Shown here piece by piece: positions 1 to 13,060 of a stretch of DNA of 64,000 bases. The translations under genes and the position numbers were made by a program. Origin of the DNA: Eledone cirrhosa. Taxonomy: Eukaryota. Location: positions 28,954,001-29,018,000 of the forward strand of contig OZ024754.1 in assembly GCA_964016885.1 (NCBI GenBank), read 5' to 3'. The number at the start of each line of letters is the position of its first letter. Position 1 is the first letter of the stretch. The notes under the pieces were generated by a model. It saw only the letters and a list, made by a program, of their open reading frames with translations. It searched no databases and was not told the origin of the DNA.

Positions 1-3000
1 GAGCTATTGATAGGCAGAATTGTTAAAGCATTGGATTAATTGCTTTGCAGTATTTAGATACAGTTCTTTACATTTTCAGTGGAAATCTTGCCACGGTCAA
101 CTTTGTGTTTAAGTCTTCTGAGGTTGCATTTTATCATGGCACCAACACCAGGGAAGTTGTCATGTCATTGGCACAATTGAAAGTCCTCTCACCCCCTTTG
201 TTTGGCATGGTTTCTTTAGTTGGTTGCCTTTCCTAACATCAACCACTTTACAGAGGGCATTGCATTCATTTTATTATGACACCAACATTAGGGAGCTTGC
301 CATGTCTATAACACAGTTGCTAAGTTCTCTTGATTCTTTCTTTGGCAAGTTTTCTTGTTATACAGAAAAGTTATTGTTAAATGATGATGATGATGAATAT
401 AAATCTTTAAAACAAATGACAAACGACTTCAACTGCTTTTATCATCTTTATCAATTTCAACAATTTCCTTTCTTCTTCTTTCTACCCAAGATAACATTTT
501 TAATTTAACATAATGTCTTAATCACATCTATTTAATTTTGATTATTTTCGAGATATATTTGACATTTAAGACTTCACAATCATGACTGTTCTTATTTTTA
601 AAACTTTGTGTTATTTTTGCTGTTTATTTACTTTTAATGTCTTCATTCATGATTGATTGATTTCATCTGAGATACCTGTCCAACACCTGCCCACTAGTAT
701 GTCATAAACCATTTATCTTAATTTGGAGATTTCATGATAATTACAATTTAGCTATTTATAAAACAATAATGGCAACATTAATTACATTTTCAGTAGTTAG
801 TCTTGACTAATTCTGTTTAGACTATTAAATATACTGCCAAGTTAAGAAATCAAAACCTCATCCTTTGATTGTGAGTCCAATACCCTAACCACACTAATCA
901 TGCATCTTTATATATTATCCTAGGGTCTGACAATTAGAATAACAATATATTTAACAGTCTAAACAGAATTACTCCTTCTGCTAGGAGCTGCAACCAGCAG
1001 AGAGGATCAACAATAGATAGACCACTAGGAACATTATTTCCTTTGTCTCATTTAAGGATTAGCTCCTTTCTTTTATATGACCCATTATGAAATATGTGGT
1101 TAGGATTGTTTTGGGGGAAGGCCGATTCAATGCAAGTTAGAAATACAGGAGTGAAAATAGAAGTGAAGCAAAACAAAGAAATCAAAACAACAGTTTATAT
1201 TTTACCTTCTATAATTTGATATTTCATAATTCAGAAACTATTTTTAAAATAAAGGAAATTGAATGGGATGGTGACAACAAGCTAAGGAGTTAGTGTGATG
1301 GTGATAGTGAGAAGAGTTTTGCTCACTGTTACCATCACACTTCATTTCCTTTAGTTTGCAGAGAGGTCCTAATCTCAAAAATATATTACAAAGGGGTTCC
1401 AATCCCCAATATATTTTACAAAGAGGTTCTAACCTCAAATACCATTAAGTAAATGTGTAACTACTTTGGTTTTGTTGTCTTACTTTACTTTTCACTCCTT
1501 TATTTCTAACATTGTGCATTAAAATTAGTTTATTAAGTAAACTAACTCTTGATAATGACTAAATACTATTTATGTAACCCGTCCATTACTATATTTTTAA
1601 TCAGAGACACTGCTTATTTAATTTAGAAAATAATAAAAAAAATTGGAGAGATTTTGTAATATAACAAACTTTCACATTATTGAGCTGATATTGAACTTAA
1701 CAAAGGTTTTTACATAACATTATAATGAAAGGTTCTTAGATGAATATAAACATTTTAACTCTTTTATTTATAAAGACCCTGCGAAATAATTTTGAAAATA
1801 ATCAAGAATTTAAGAAGCTTTATAATTAATTTTCCCGTAATTAAGCTGGGAAAAAATATCCAAACATGTAATTCTAAACCAGAGTAATGATACACCCCCC
1901 CCCCCCCCCCCAAAAAAAAAAAGCACTGGCACTCAAAGAGATAATAAGGTGTCTTCAATTTTAGTATCAACATTCTTAGGCCTAATGTTTAGATTTATAA
2001 AGCTTCATTTCTATTTTGGGTTTTAGTACTGGATAAGTATTGAGATGAGAACTTCAGGCTACACACAAAAATTGAACTCATATTCTTGAAGTGGATTTGG
2101 TATCTTTGATGCCTCAAGAAGGAACACTGTATATTGCCACTGCCAAATATATTTATCTGAGGTTGTGAGAGGGATTACTGACTGTCAATCAAGATAAAAG
2201 TACCATAGCAATGTGTTAATCTTGGAGAGTTCAAAATGTCAAAAGTGTAAATAACTCAAGAATAAACACTGGCTCCACTCACACCCACCTATGAATGAAA
2301 GAAAATATATACCTGGCATACAACAGTAACTCAAACTAGACACCATCCACTTTTATTTTACATCATTTAAACTTTCTGTTATTTCAGATTTTGTTTGTAT
2401 AGCGAGGAGAGAGAGTTTCTAAATTTATATCTGACAAACGTTGCCAATAAATATATCAAGTTGAGTGTGTGTTCTTAGATTCGTAGTAATTCTACAATTT
2501 CTTCATACACAAACCATCCTTAAAATGTTACTGAAAGTAGTTCCAGACTGTAAATAATGGCTTCAGTTTATGTCTTTCATTTTATTGATTGTTTCCAAAT
2601 TTAATATAAAATCTAAATCTGGAGCTCACAATGTGCTTTGGTCCTGGTGATCAGACTGTTCTATCAACTTCAAAGTAGTTGATTTGGTCAGAAATGGACC
2701 TACAGGACTGTCTCAGCCAGCACCTACCACAGTGGAGAAACAAACAAGACAATGGAGCACTACCCTATCTTTTTTCTGCTACTATCCAATCTATGCAATT
2801 TAAATGAACTTACAAACTTCAATGAAAATGCAAAGAACTGTGTGGCAGGGTGGAAAGCTGTTATATGACCACTAATCTACTATATAAATGGCAATTTCTG
2901 AGTCTGTGTATAACCAGTTGGCACCTACACCAGTGATCTGATTCTGATGAAACTTTACACACATGTTAAGCTAATATTCAGAAATAGGACTGGCTAATTG

Positions 3001-3260
3001 GATTTCAATAAAAATCATTAATGGAACCCCTGGGGACATCTTTACAATGGAGGAGGAAAGAGAAGACGTTTCAGTGAGAGAGGGGGAAAAGGAGATACTA
3101 CTACTGTATGTTAAACCCTCCCTCCCACTACTCCCCTTCCTCCTACCACAAGTCAGTCCTCCAAAATGAGGCAGCAACTTAGAAATATACATAAAAAAAT
3201 TTCAAACAAAACAGACGACAATCTAATTTTGTTTGACGACTGAACAGATGTCTCTGTGTG

Positions 3261-3334
<74 letters not shown>

Positions 3335-4204
3335 ATCCATATGGATTCTGAACACGTGTACACGCTTAGGTCACATTAAGGTCAACTGCAGGAATTGGTG
3401 ATCAGTTACAAAAAACTGTGATGATCAATGACCTGGAAGTTGGCTTACCCTGAGATTAGTTCGAAAAATAAAACCCAAATCGTATGTTGATGAGTATTTG
3501 TACTCCCGGCATGTTAATTGTAACATGCCGTCTTTGAGAGTAGAGTTTATTTTGACGATTTTTCGAGGTGTCGGATCGTGGGAAGATTAACATGAATTAA
3601 GATGATGTAACTTCTCCCCCATTATTGACACTTTGCAACAGTGAATGTTACAAGGCCCTCTTTAGGGCCACACTTCTGATTGTTTAGCTGACTTATTATG
3701 GTGTTTTTTCTCGGGTTATGTCTACTATAGGGGGAAGATGGGATGGTTTTATTGAATTGCTTCAGTCATTCAAAGGGCTTTACAAACGGTGATAGACAGG
3801 GTGCTTGAATATGTTCATTCAGTTATAATTTCTTCTATAGTTGCGATGCCATCCTCAATAGTTCTGAGTTTCTTCTTGAGTGTTAAGGCAATAAGTTTTC
3901 TATTCTTATACATAAGTTTATTGAACAAGTTTGACACTCTTTGAGCTCAAACTTCCTTGGTTTATTCACTCTGAATGAAGAAAGCTGGATGGAAGAAGGA
4001 CTTATGACTTAAACAACTATTGATAGTTCCACACAAAAAATTGATCTGCCATAAACACACCTAGCAAAGGTTGCTATTGAAAATCCAGTATGAGCACCCA
4101 GGGTCGCTAGTACTTTCAGGCACACTCTTGGAACTGTGAATAACCCCACCTTTCCCGGGTATTACCGGGTACTGCAGCTAGTATATATATATATATATAT
4201 ATAT

Positions 4205-4285
4205 ATATTCATTTAATTAATTAAATGAATATTAAAACTTTACTTCAGTATTGAGTACTCTTTTCTCTCAGCCGTTAATCACATA
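4205..4285 (+). mobile_element. Minimal palindrome plus tail, probable Penelope terminus remnant
   Basis: 28-bp perfect palindrome ATATTCATTTAATTAATTAAATGAATAT followed by ACTT-N12-GAGTACTC, between (TA)n tracts. Confidence 0.5.
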
Positions 4286-4289
4286 CATG

Positions 4290-4327
<38 letters not shown>

Positions 4328-4426
4328 TATTGAAATTTCAGTTGGAAACAGAAAAGGTCATAGAAATGAAGAGTGCTCTATGTAAATATCAGAGCAAAAT
4401 TTAATGTATAAAATCAATACAATATA

Positions 4427-4504
4427 ATTACCTCATTACCAGAGGTTTCCCGAATGAGGCGAATACGAAATAAACGACTTCATTCGTTCGTCAGACGAGG
4501 CAAT
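4427..4504 (-). ncRNA. Type I hammerhead ribozyme
   Basis: Minus strand: stem I ATTGCCTCGT/ATGAGGTAAT, core CTGACGA, stem II CGAATGA/TCATTCG, GAAA, stem III CC-TCT-GG, cleavage triplet GUA. Confidence 0.85.
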
Positions 4505-5717
4505 ATAAAACATGGGCAAATACTTAAAAAAACACATCAAGAAAATAAAAAAAAATATATAGATAAATGAAATAGAAATTGAAATATATAAAAATCTATC
4601 AAGAAAAATAGTTAGGTGTGTGTATGTGTATGTATATACGCTCATAGATGTGCATATATGTATATGTGCACGTGTAAATGTATGGTTAGAAAGTGTGCGT
4701 AATTATAAAAGTTTAGGGCAAATGTATCTATATGTCTGTATTATACAGACGGAAATGGTTACTTCGTAAAAATAAGAAAATAAAGTCGTGCGCATAAAAA
4801 CGCCTGGACACTCATACACTAAGATGCGGAAAGAAAGGAGATAAAGAGAGTATAATAAATAAAAGAAAAGTATCTATTACGATATATTTATAAAAATATA
4901 GTAACGATAAATTAGAAAGACAAGATAGAAAGAAAAAATTAAAGAAAACAAAAAAAGCGGCGGTACATACATACACAGACACGTGTGTCTCACAAAAGAA
5001 ATGTAAAAATAATTATGCTTATATACACACGCTCACTTACACTTCCATACGTTCGATACGTACATACACACACACACATACACATACTTATACTCGCGCA
5101 ATTAAACCTGTTTGCATGCCCATGTATGAAACTGGGTAAGTAACAAAAGAGGGAAGGGGGGGGGGGAGAAAAAAGAAAAAAGAAAAAAGAAACAAAAAAT
5201 ATAAAACCGAAATGTCAAAAACACGGATATAAAGACACTTACACATACGCATAATATACACAAACACCAGTACACACACGCATACATACACGTAATATAT
5301 ATACACATACATGCACGCACGCGCGCGCACATACGTAGTCACTCATGTACATATGTAAAAAAAGTATACACACATTAAGGCGTTCAGCCATATTGAAATG
5401 TGGATAAATAAATAAATACAAATATAAAATTGTAGGATAGGCTGCGCAAAAATAAAATAAAAATAAAAATGAAAAATATATCTGGATTGAAAAACACAAA
5501 AGACAAGTATAATCAGTTAGTAGAGGAACAAGGGAAGTAAAAGAAGGGGAAGTAAAAAATAGAAAATAGGAAGTGGATCGGAGAATAAGGGGGGGGGGGG
5601 GGGGTAAAGTAAAAAAAAATAAAAAAAATAAATAAAAGTGAAAATAAATGAAATTATTGACAAGGATAAGAATGAAAGTAAGTCAGAAAGGGTAATTAAA
5701 AAGGGAATAATCAGAGT

Positions 5718-7580
5718 TTATGGAGGATAAGTGTCTGAAAGTGTGTTAAGTTTATATGAGCTGGAAAGCAGGTGTGATTTCATGTGTGGGCAACTGGTAA
5801 AAATTTCAGTCTTTGTGTTCAGGCAGGTCTTTGGTGATTTGAGATTTTTTAATATCCAAACTTTTTCATTTATGCAGAGCGTGAATTTTCTTGTTCCTCT
5901 AGCATATTTTTTAGATTGGTTCAAAATTGACCAATCTAGTTTATATTGGATGCCTTGGTCTTTCAAATCCCAGATTCTGCTAGCCAGAGCTGTTGTAAAT
6001 CTTTTTTCTGGATGTCGAAAGGATGCGACATGTGAGTAATAACGCGTTTTGAATTTGTCTTGCGTCATACCCACATATCGTTCACTGGTGACTGGATGGT
6101 TGTTGCTGATAGTTGTCACATTAGCCGCATATACAATGGCTTTGGTGTTGCATTTACCTTGTAATGGGCATTCACTTTTGATTCTACAGGAGCAAGTTTG
6201 ATTTTCTCTGGGTGATGTTTTGTTGAGGATATAGGACTTAATAGGGGGACCGCAGGAATAGCTAATTTTAACACAGTTTCTGTTAAAGATCTTATAGTAT
6301 CTATGTGTTCTAGGGAAATGTTTATCTAGGAGTTCTAGGAATTTTTTGCCTACATTAGTTTTAACTGCTAGAGAGTAGGGGGGTGTGAACCAGATTATTT
6401 TTCTTTTCCTATTTTTATGTTTAATAGAGTTAGTGTAGTTAGGTATGTATTTAATTGGTTCGCTAAAGCCGCTATTTTGGAGGGCTTTATTATAGTAGGG
6501 GGATGCCTTATTGAAAATAGCTTCTGATGAAGAGAGGGTGGAGATCCTACGGCTAATATTAGGGATAAGGTTTTTAAAAACTATAGGTGGATGGCAAGAT
6601 CCTTTATTTATATATTTTAAGTTTTCATTAGGTTTATGGTATGGTTTATAAGAAGCAGTAGGCAAATCTAAGTTTATATCTAGGAAATCTACGTTGGAAA
6701 GATTAGTATCAATAGTAATTTTAAGAGTAAAACTAGCAAAGGTTTTTATTAAGTCTTTCCTTAATCTATCTAAGTTATGGCCTATGATGGTATGGGAAAG
6801 TATTTGACCATCATCGCGATAAAGCCCAAAAATATGGTTAGGAAATTTTTCTTTAAGTGTATGTAAGAGGAATAGGCCGACCAGATCACAAACCTCGGCA
6901 CTGTCATAAGAGCCCATTGAGACATCGAATGGGTTCTCTGGGTTAGATATTTTTACCCAAGTGTCATTATCATTAAAAAGTAGAGTGTTCCTAGCATGCA
7001 AGATTACATCCTCTTCAATATTGGAGATATTAGTGAACCCTCTAGCGAAATTTAAAGCTTTCACTAAAAGGGTCTGAGTAATAGATGGGTAGAAATCTAC
7101 GATATCGAATTGGGTGAATCTAGAACTGATTTTGTTTTTAATATTATTAAACCAATGTACTACGGAAGAGCTATTTATCCATTGGAGTAATTTAGACTTA
7201 CTTCTAATGTGTGTATTTAATTTATTTAAAATTTTTTTACTGGCAAGACCAATATCAGTCTTAGCAGGGTTGATTAATCTACAACTAGGGCGATTAATAA
7301 AGTCGGGTTTATGATCTTTAAGGGTGATATACGCAGAACGTTTAGCAAGTTTTTCTGTCCTATTATCTATTTTTAAAGAAAAAGCTAATTCTTTAGCTTC
7401 CTTATTTATATTATGGTACGTATTTATATTAGCTATTTGGTATTTAGAGGTGATATTATCTATTAATAGTTGGTCGTGTAAATTATTATTAACTTCATAT
7501 AGGTTTTTAGTTTTATCTGAGAAGATGAACTTATTATTAGAAGATTTGAAAGTAGAAATATCATTAGATAATTTGGATTG
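5718..7580 (-). CDS. Penelope-like reverse transcriptase / GIY-YIG endonuclease (N-terminally truncated)
   Basis: 448-aa ORF with MGSYDSAEVCDLVG, YRDD, WFTPP, a Cys-rich linker (CSC..CPL..C) and IVY...YVG..FKTRY..H. Penelope-like motifs continue upstream of 7064 (FDIVDFYPSI in frame; SDKTKNLY further up). Confidence 0.92.
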   Translation of the reverse strand, partial: QSKLSNDISTFKSSNNKFIFSDKTKNLYEVNNNLHDQLLIDNITSKYQIANINTYHNINKEAKELAFSLKIDNRTEKLAKRSAYITLKDHKPDFINRPSCRLINPAKTDIGLASKKILNKLNTHIRSKSKLLQWINSSSVVHWFNNIKNKISSRFTQFDIVDFYPSITQTLLVKALNFARGFTNISNIEEDVILHARNTLLFNDNDTWVKISNPENPFDVSMGSYDSAEVCDLVGLFLLHTLKEKFPNHIFGLYRDDGQILSHTIIGHNLDRLRKDLIKTFASFTLKITIDTNLSNVDFLDINLDLPTASYKPYHKPNENLKYINKGSCHPPIVFKNLIPNISRRISTLSSSEAIFNKASPYYNKALQNSGFSEPIKYIPNYTNSIKHKNRKRKIIWFTPPYSLAVKTNVGKKFLELLDKHFPRTHRYYKIFNRNCVKISYSCGPPIKSYILNKTSPRENQTCSCRIKSECPLQGKCNTKAIVYAANVTTISNNHPVTSERYVGMTQDKFKTRYYSHVASFRHPEKRFTTALASRIWDLKDQGIQYKLDWSILNQSKKYARGTRKFTLCINEKVWILKNLKSPKTCLNTKTEIFTSCPHMKSHLLSSSYKLNTLSDTYPP

Positions 7581-7739
7581 AAATATATATATTATTGAAA
7601 GTTATTTATCACTAATATACAGAACATCTCATTGAAAAGATTGTTAAAATTTATCTAATTCAGAGAAGTATATGGATATAGGATAACTTATGCAAAGTAG
7701 CCTTACTAGTACTTTACCCAATAGTAACAGTGTGTCTGC

Positions 7740-7798
<59 letters not shown>

Positions 7799-7954
7799 CA
7801 TATTTATAAATGAATGTGATTTCATATAATGAAATTAGAAACCCAACCATGGTATTCCTTGACTGCAAAGATTTCAACCCTTTACTACCCCAGGTATTGA
7901 GTACTCTGGTAAATAATGATTTTACTAGTTTAAAACTGGTACAATACGGATCTC

Positions 7955-8098
7955 TCATGAAAGCAGCACACAGGAGACTGAAGTTAGCTGAACATGCTCA
8001 CCGACATCCAGAGTTGACATTACACTCAGTGCTCCTGTTGGAGCTCTTGCATGGACACACTGGAAAAAGAAGACTGAGGTTGACATATATTGACACTG
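7955..8098 (+). pseudogene. Degenerate RTE-type LINE C-terminal fragment
   Basis: Translates RRLKLAEHAHRHPEL...HGH.GKRRLRLTYIDT, resembling the RLR.AGH...GRP..TY.D C-terminus of RTE ORFs. Confidence 0.6.
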
Positions 8099-8119
8099 GT
8101 CTACATATATTGACACTTT

Positions 8120-8545
8120 TATAGCGTCCGTCATCTACTACCGCTTGACCGTCGTGCCTTGTCCAGCCAAAACGCTCACCAAAATGGAGCGCGCGCTCTT
8201 CCAAATTCCTTTGGAAGAAACGGGCTTCTTTGGTGAGAAGATTCATCTGCTTCCAACACCGTTCAGACAGAGGGCTGAGGATGCCGTGGTTGACGATGCG
8301 CAAACACGCACTCTGGCTGCGGCACCTCCTCGTATTCCTCACCGGACAACCGGTGTGGGCCCCGTTCGTGAGGCGAGTCTTCCCACGACTCGTCTCGCTG
8401 ACCGAGCTGCAGTCCTGGGTCAAGCAAAGACCGAGGAAAATGGGCGACTGGGACATTGAATGTGCTCAGGCGCTCACAGTCCTCTGGCAAACGGACTCGG
8501 CGTTCAGTGGGACAGAGACCGCTGGATAGATCTCGTCCATGCATC
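8120..8545 (+). pseudogene. L1/Tx1-like LINE fragment (post-RT region), frameshifted
   Basis: GC-rich island. YRLTVVPCPAKTLTKMERALFQ, then after a frameshift LWKK..LVRRFIC....RGLRMP, resembling the FLW...GGLG.P motif. Confidence 0.6.
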
Positions 8546-8666
8546 TTGGGAATTTTACCCATTTTATATATATATATATGTGTGTGTGTGTGTATGCATG
8601 CTAATGCATTGTATATGTGGAACCACTTACTATTTAGATCTCTCCACTGGATTTCAGTAGTAACAA

Positions 8667-9625
8667 TCTATACTATAATAAAGGGAAGAGTGTGGGACAG
8701 CGTCCGTTTTATATTTTTTAATCCAGTTAGTAAAATTAGTTGGATTACTTTGAATAAATAATTGTTTCTACATTAGGCACAAGGCCAGTAATTACCCAGT
8801 GCATTACTGGTACTTTATTTTATCGACCCCGTAAGGATGAAAGGCAAAGTTAACCTCGGTACGATTTGAACTCAGAATGGCAAGGGCCGTAACTCCATAC
8901 GTCAAAGCATGGCGTCCGAGCCTCTCCCAATACTGCCAATCCACCGCCCTGAATAAATAATTGTTTCTACTTTTGGCACAAGGCCAGCAATTATCCAGTA
9001 CATTACTGGTACTTTATTTTATCGACCCCATAAGGATGAAAGGCAAAGTTAACCTCGGCGGGATTTGAACTCAGAATGGCAAGGGCCGTAACTCTATGCG
9101 TCAAAGCATGGCGTCCAACCCTCTACCGATACTGCCAATTCACTGAATAAATAATGAATGAATATTATATAATTTATATACTAAATTTTGTAGCTGTTGA
9201 GTTAGCATAAATATTCTTATATATAATGGTTGCTTATTCTAAGATTCACTTCTTTTAAAATTTTCTAATTTCAATACTTCTAGTAATCATATAACAGACG
9301 CTATATCACATATCTCTTATATAAACGTCCATATATTTGCATCATTATGTTTATATTGCTGTCGCTAATTTCCCCTTTTTCATTTTCATTACATTTCACT
9401 TTAATGCAGTTTATGTATAATATCATCTTTTTTAAATGTATCATGGATTACTTTACTGATTACAGAAGACAGCGTAACATAGTCTCTCTTCAATTTCTGC
9501 ACATATTGTCAATTACGATTTTATTTGATGTATCATATCTACATGCATATATATTTGCGTATAATATCAATATTCACACTACACATGCTAGCCGAAAACC
9601 AACTGAAGGGTGGTTTTTCTGCTAG
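8667..9625 (+). mobile_element. Non-autonomous Helitron-like element interrupted by a SINE dimer
   Basis: A|TC start, subterminal hairpin GAAAACCA..TGGTTTTT, CTAG|T end. Homologous uninterrupted copy at 52228-52695. Confidence 0.75.
8757..9145 (-). mobile_element. SINE family A tandem dimer
   Basis: Two ~190-bp units with a B-box-like GAGTTCAAATCC and body TTTGCCTTTCATCCTTACGGGGTCGATAAAATAAAGTACCAG. TGAATAAATAAT occurs on both flanks and between the units. Confidence 0.85.
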
Positions 9626-9664
9626 TTGTTATAATAATAGCATGCATGAAATCATTATTATATT

Positions 9665-9856
9665 AGGGCGGTGGATTGGGAGTATCGGTAGGGGGTCGGA
9701 CGCCATGCTTTGCAGCAAAGAGTTACGGCCCTTTATGGTCTGTGTTCAAATCCCGCCGAGGTTAACTTTGCCTTTCATCCTTACGGAGTCGATAAAATAA
9801 AGTACCAGTAATACACTAGTGTAGTTGCTGGCCTTGTGCCAAAAGTAGAAACAATA
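9665..9856 (+). mobile_element. SINE family A
   Basis: Same ~190-bp consensus (AGGGCGGTGGATTGG...AGTAGAAACAAT). Confidence 0.85.
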
Positions 9857-10039
9857 ATTCTGTTAGTGCAGACTGAACATATATTTTTTATTATTGACAT
9901 GAGAGCAACCAACCCACTATATATATATATATATGTATATATATAACGAAGGAAGTGAGGTAAGGAACCAGGTGGACCATAACGCACCAGAGTACTCGAT
10001 ACTTTGGGTAATAGGAAAAGGTTCAGGACCCCGACGGCA

Positions 10040-10083
<44 letters not shown>

Positions 10084-10151
10084 TGAGAGAGCTAGCTATC
10101 ATCATCATTTAACCTCTAGATATTTTTCATGGTGGCATGGGGATGTGTGTG

Positions 10152-10184
<33 letters not shown>

Positions 10185-10259
10185 ATATGTACGTACATAT
10201 AAAGTGTGTATACATTTTTTTTGGGGGGGGGGGGGGCAACGTATATATATATATTTATA

Positions 10260-10294
<35 letters not shown>

Positions 10295-10699
10295 TATCAG
10301 ACATTTTGTTATCTATTCACCATTTTCTGTATATATAGTTCTTTCATGTCATGCGTGTTCTAGATATTTATGTAGAAGCTACTCTACATACTATATTATT
10401 CCATGTAAATTATAGTTGCAATGGAACATTTCCATTTGAAAGAATGAATAATAGCTACTAAACAACTTCTTATTGGATTATTTTGTATGCTTATATATTT
10501 TTATTTACCTGTATTTACCTGTATCCAAAATAATTTAGGAATAACCAAAGCAAAAAAACTATTTGTAAAATAAGGCAACTCACACAGCAAGATTTCAAAA
10601 GTGGTACAGATATTTTTAAATACTCTATTAGGTTACAGTATATAGATATATACATATAAATATATATATATTTATATGTATATAAATATATATATATAT

Positions 10700-11036
10700 G
10701 GAGGCACATGGCTTAGTGGTTAGAGCATTGGGCTTGCAATCGAAAGGTTGTGAGTTCAATTCTCAGACCGGGTGATGTGTTGTTTCCTTGAGCAAGACAC
10801 TTTATTTCACATTGCTCCAGTTTACTCAGCTGTAGAAATGAGATGATAGGGACTGGGGTCCATATCATTCCACTGCAAAATGGTCGTGGAGGTGCCACGG
10901 CAAAAAAGCACCCAGCACTCACTGTAAATGAGGTTAGGAAGGGCATCCAGCTGTAGAAATCAAGCCAGAATCAGTTCCCGTCCCACCTTTGCAAGCAGGG
11001 AAAAGCGGACGTAAAATGATGATGATGATGATGATG
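10700..11036 (+). mobile_element. SINE family B: tRNA head, CORE-like segment, RTE-derived body and tail
   Basis: A box TGGCTTAGTGG, B box GAGTTCAATTC, CCTTGAGCAAGACACTT, then the GTTAGGAAGGGCATCCAGCTGTAGAAA module and an RTE 3' end with (GAT)n. Confidence 0.85.
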
Positions 11037-11879
11037 TATGGGTGTGTGTATGGAATATATAAATGAGATGAAGCTTCTCCAAGCCATCTAGTCTTGAACT
11101 GTGACAACCTATCCAGCCCAACCACCACGAATGGTAATCATATGTTTGTGTATATAAATAAATATATATATATATATATATACATATATATACATATGTA
11201 TGTATATATCAATATAAATATATACACACTGTACCATGTCAATAACAAGGATTTTTTGCATAAAGAAATAATTGAATAAATTCAGCTGTAGAAATCCACT
11301 TAGAAGTTTTATGACTCTGCTTGCTATGGTTATTTAGACTATTCCGTTAAAAACATCTAGATTTGAAGTCACCATTTTATTTTTTATGTGGATGGTTACA
11401 TAACTGAAAGAGCTGAACCATTAATTTCATGGGGTTGTTTAGCTTCAATTTCTATCGCAGTTATTGCAAGTGGACAAAATATGGTTAGCTTAGATGTGAA
11501 AAAAAAAAAAAGAAACATAATAATTTTGCTATATTTTGTCTGGTTCTTGTGTTTGTTGTTTCAAACTGTAAAAATATCTCTTTATAAAGCCTGACCCTGT
11601 GAAATTCCATGGTTTAATTACAAACATCTCCCCAGTATTCAAAACCAATATGACATTTTATGCGTTTTATACATCAGTTTTTACACCAACACATATAATT
11701 GACCAGGATTTTAATAAATTAAAAGATTTGGCAAGCCATGCTTCTTTAGAGAATTACCATAGGTGATAACAAGACTATAACATTAGAATATTTAAGTACA
11801 TATACATGTGCAGAATCACCTGATACTTCAATATGGCAAAACAGAAACTGTGGAATGCCACAGGGTATAAAATTATAAT

Positions 11880-12095
11880 TTAACGCTTTAGCATTTGAAC
11901 TGGCTGTATACAGCCAGAATTTTCTCACCTCTTTCTGTTCAAACTGGCCTTAACCAGCCACTCATACTTATGTTAAGGTGTTGTTCTCAAAATAAATAAT
12001 ATCAAAATCTCATAGATTCGATATTATGTGAGGAAAAGCCTTTACCGTGAAAATATAATAGTAAATATAGAGTAATGTAAATGCTAAAGAGTTAA
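11880..12095. mobile_element. piggyBac-like MITE family 1
   Basis: TTAA flanks, degenerate TIR C(C)CTTTAGCATTT/AAATGCTAAAG(G)G. Four copies in the window. Confidence 0.7.
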
Positions 12096-12271
12096 TGATA
12101 AATCACTGTATTTCAGCAGTTTATTCTGTTTAAGTATAAATGAATGCAGTTACCCCCACCAGTGCAGTATCTAGGTTGTGAGGATTGAAAAAGGTTTGTA
12201 AATGGTGTCAATAAATCAACGCTGAAAATTAGTGTTCCACATTTACATTTCTGTTACTGTTGTCTCATTCT

Positions 12272-12496
12272 TTAACCCTATAGCATTTAAACTGGCCGTA
12301 TTCGGCCAGAATTCTCTCACCTTTTCTATTCAAACTGACTGTAACCATTTGCCCATACGGATTTTAAGGTATTGTTCTCAAAATAAATATGAAAATCTCA
12401 TAGATTCGAATTTATGTGATATAATTATGTGAGGTAAAGCCTTTACCATGAAAATATAATAGTAAATATAGAGCAATGTAAATGCTAAATGGTTAA
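12272..12496. mobile_element. piggyBac-like MITE family 1
   Basis: TTAA-CCCTATAGCATTTA...TAAATGCTAAATGG-TTAA. Confidence 0.75.
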
Positions 12497-13060
12497 TTCC
12501 AATGTAATTATCAGACCTAGTATTAAGAGAATAGTTGGAATTTTGTACTAATAAATATTTGAACATGGGAACAATTGATATTTTGTACTAAGAATAGTTG
12601 CTATTGTATACTAATAAATATATATTGACTGAGGAAATAGCTGGTTTTGTGTACTAATAAATATATGTTGAACATTGTATCATGTACTAATAAATGTGAG
12701 CAGGGGAACAAACTTTACCTTGACCCATATACTCTATTTCACAATTTCTACTTATGACACAAAATCCACCCAGTATATGCTGTAAAGTGGCTGCTAACGG
12801 AGTATAGACAATATAGAGAGGACTCTTCACTGTTGTTGAGTACAGGACAACCTCTCCAGTGCTGGTGCTATGATAAAATACACCCAGTGATTGCCATTAG
12901 GAAAAGTAACCATGCCAAAAAATAGAACTTATGAACAAGATCTGGTTCTCCAACTTGTCTCTGACTGTGATTACATGTCTAATACTTGCCAATAGGATCA
13001 GATGTAAAATGGCAATGATCATCAACTGTTCTTCAGTATTGTACATATATTTTCTGCATA

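Larger units (their letters stand above)
4327..7583 (-). mobile_element. Penelope-like element (RT + GIY-YIG), 5'-truncated, with ~1.4-kb 3' region containing a hammerhead and terminal tail
   Basis: Coding region 5718-~7580, hammerhead at 4427-4504, tail hairpin GCTC-N13-GAGC near 4373-4395. Both ends abut (TA)n. Confidence 0.9.

Noticed and set aside
3332-4180. Possible element between two TA tracts with small hairpins (GGCATGTTA/TAACATGCC)
   Set aside because: No ORF, ribozyme core or second copy could be established.
10700-10770. tRNA gene
   Set aside because: A and B boxes are present but continue directly into a SINE body and recur as a dispersed repeat.
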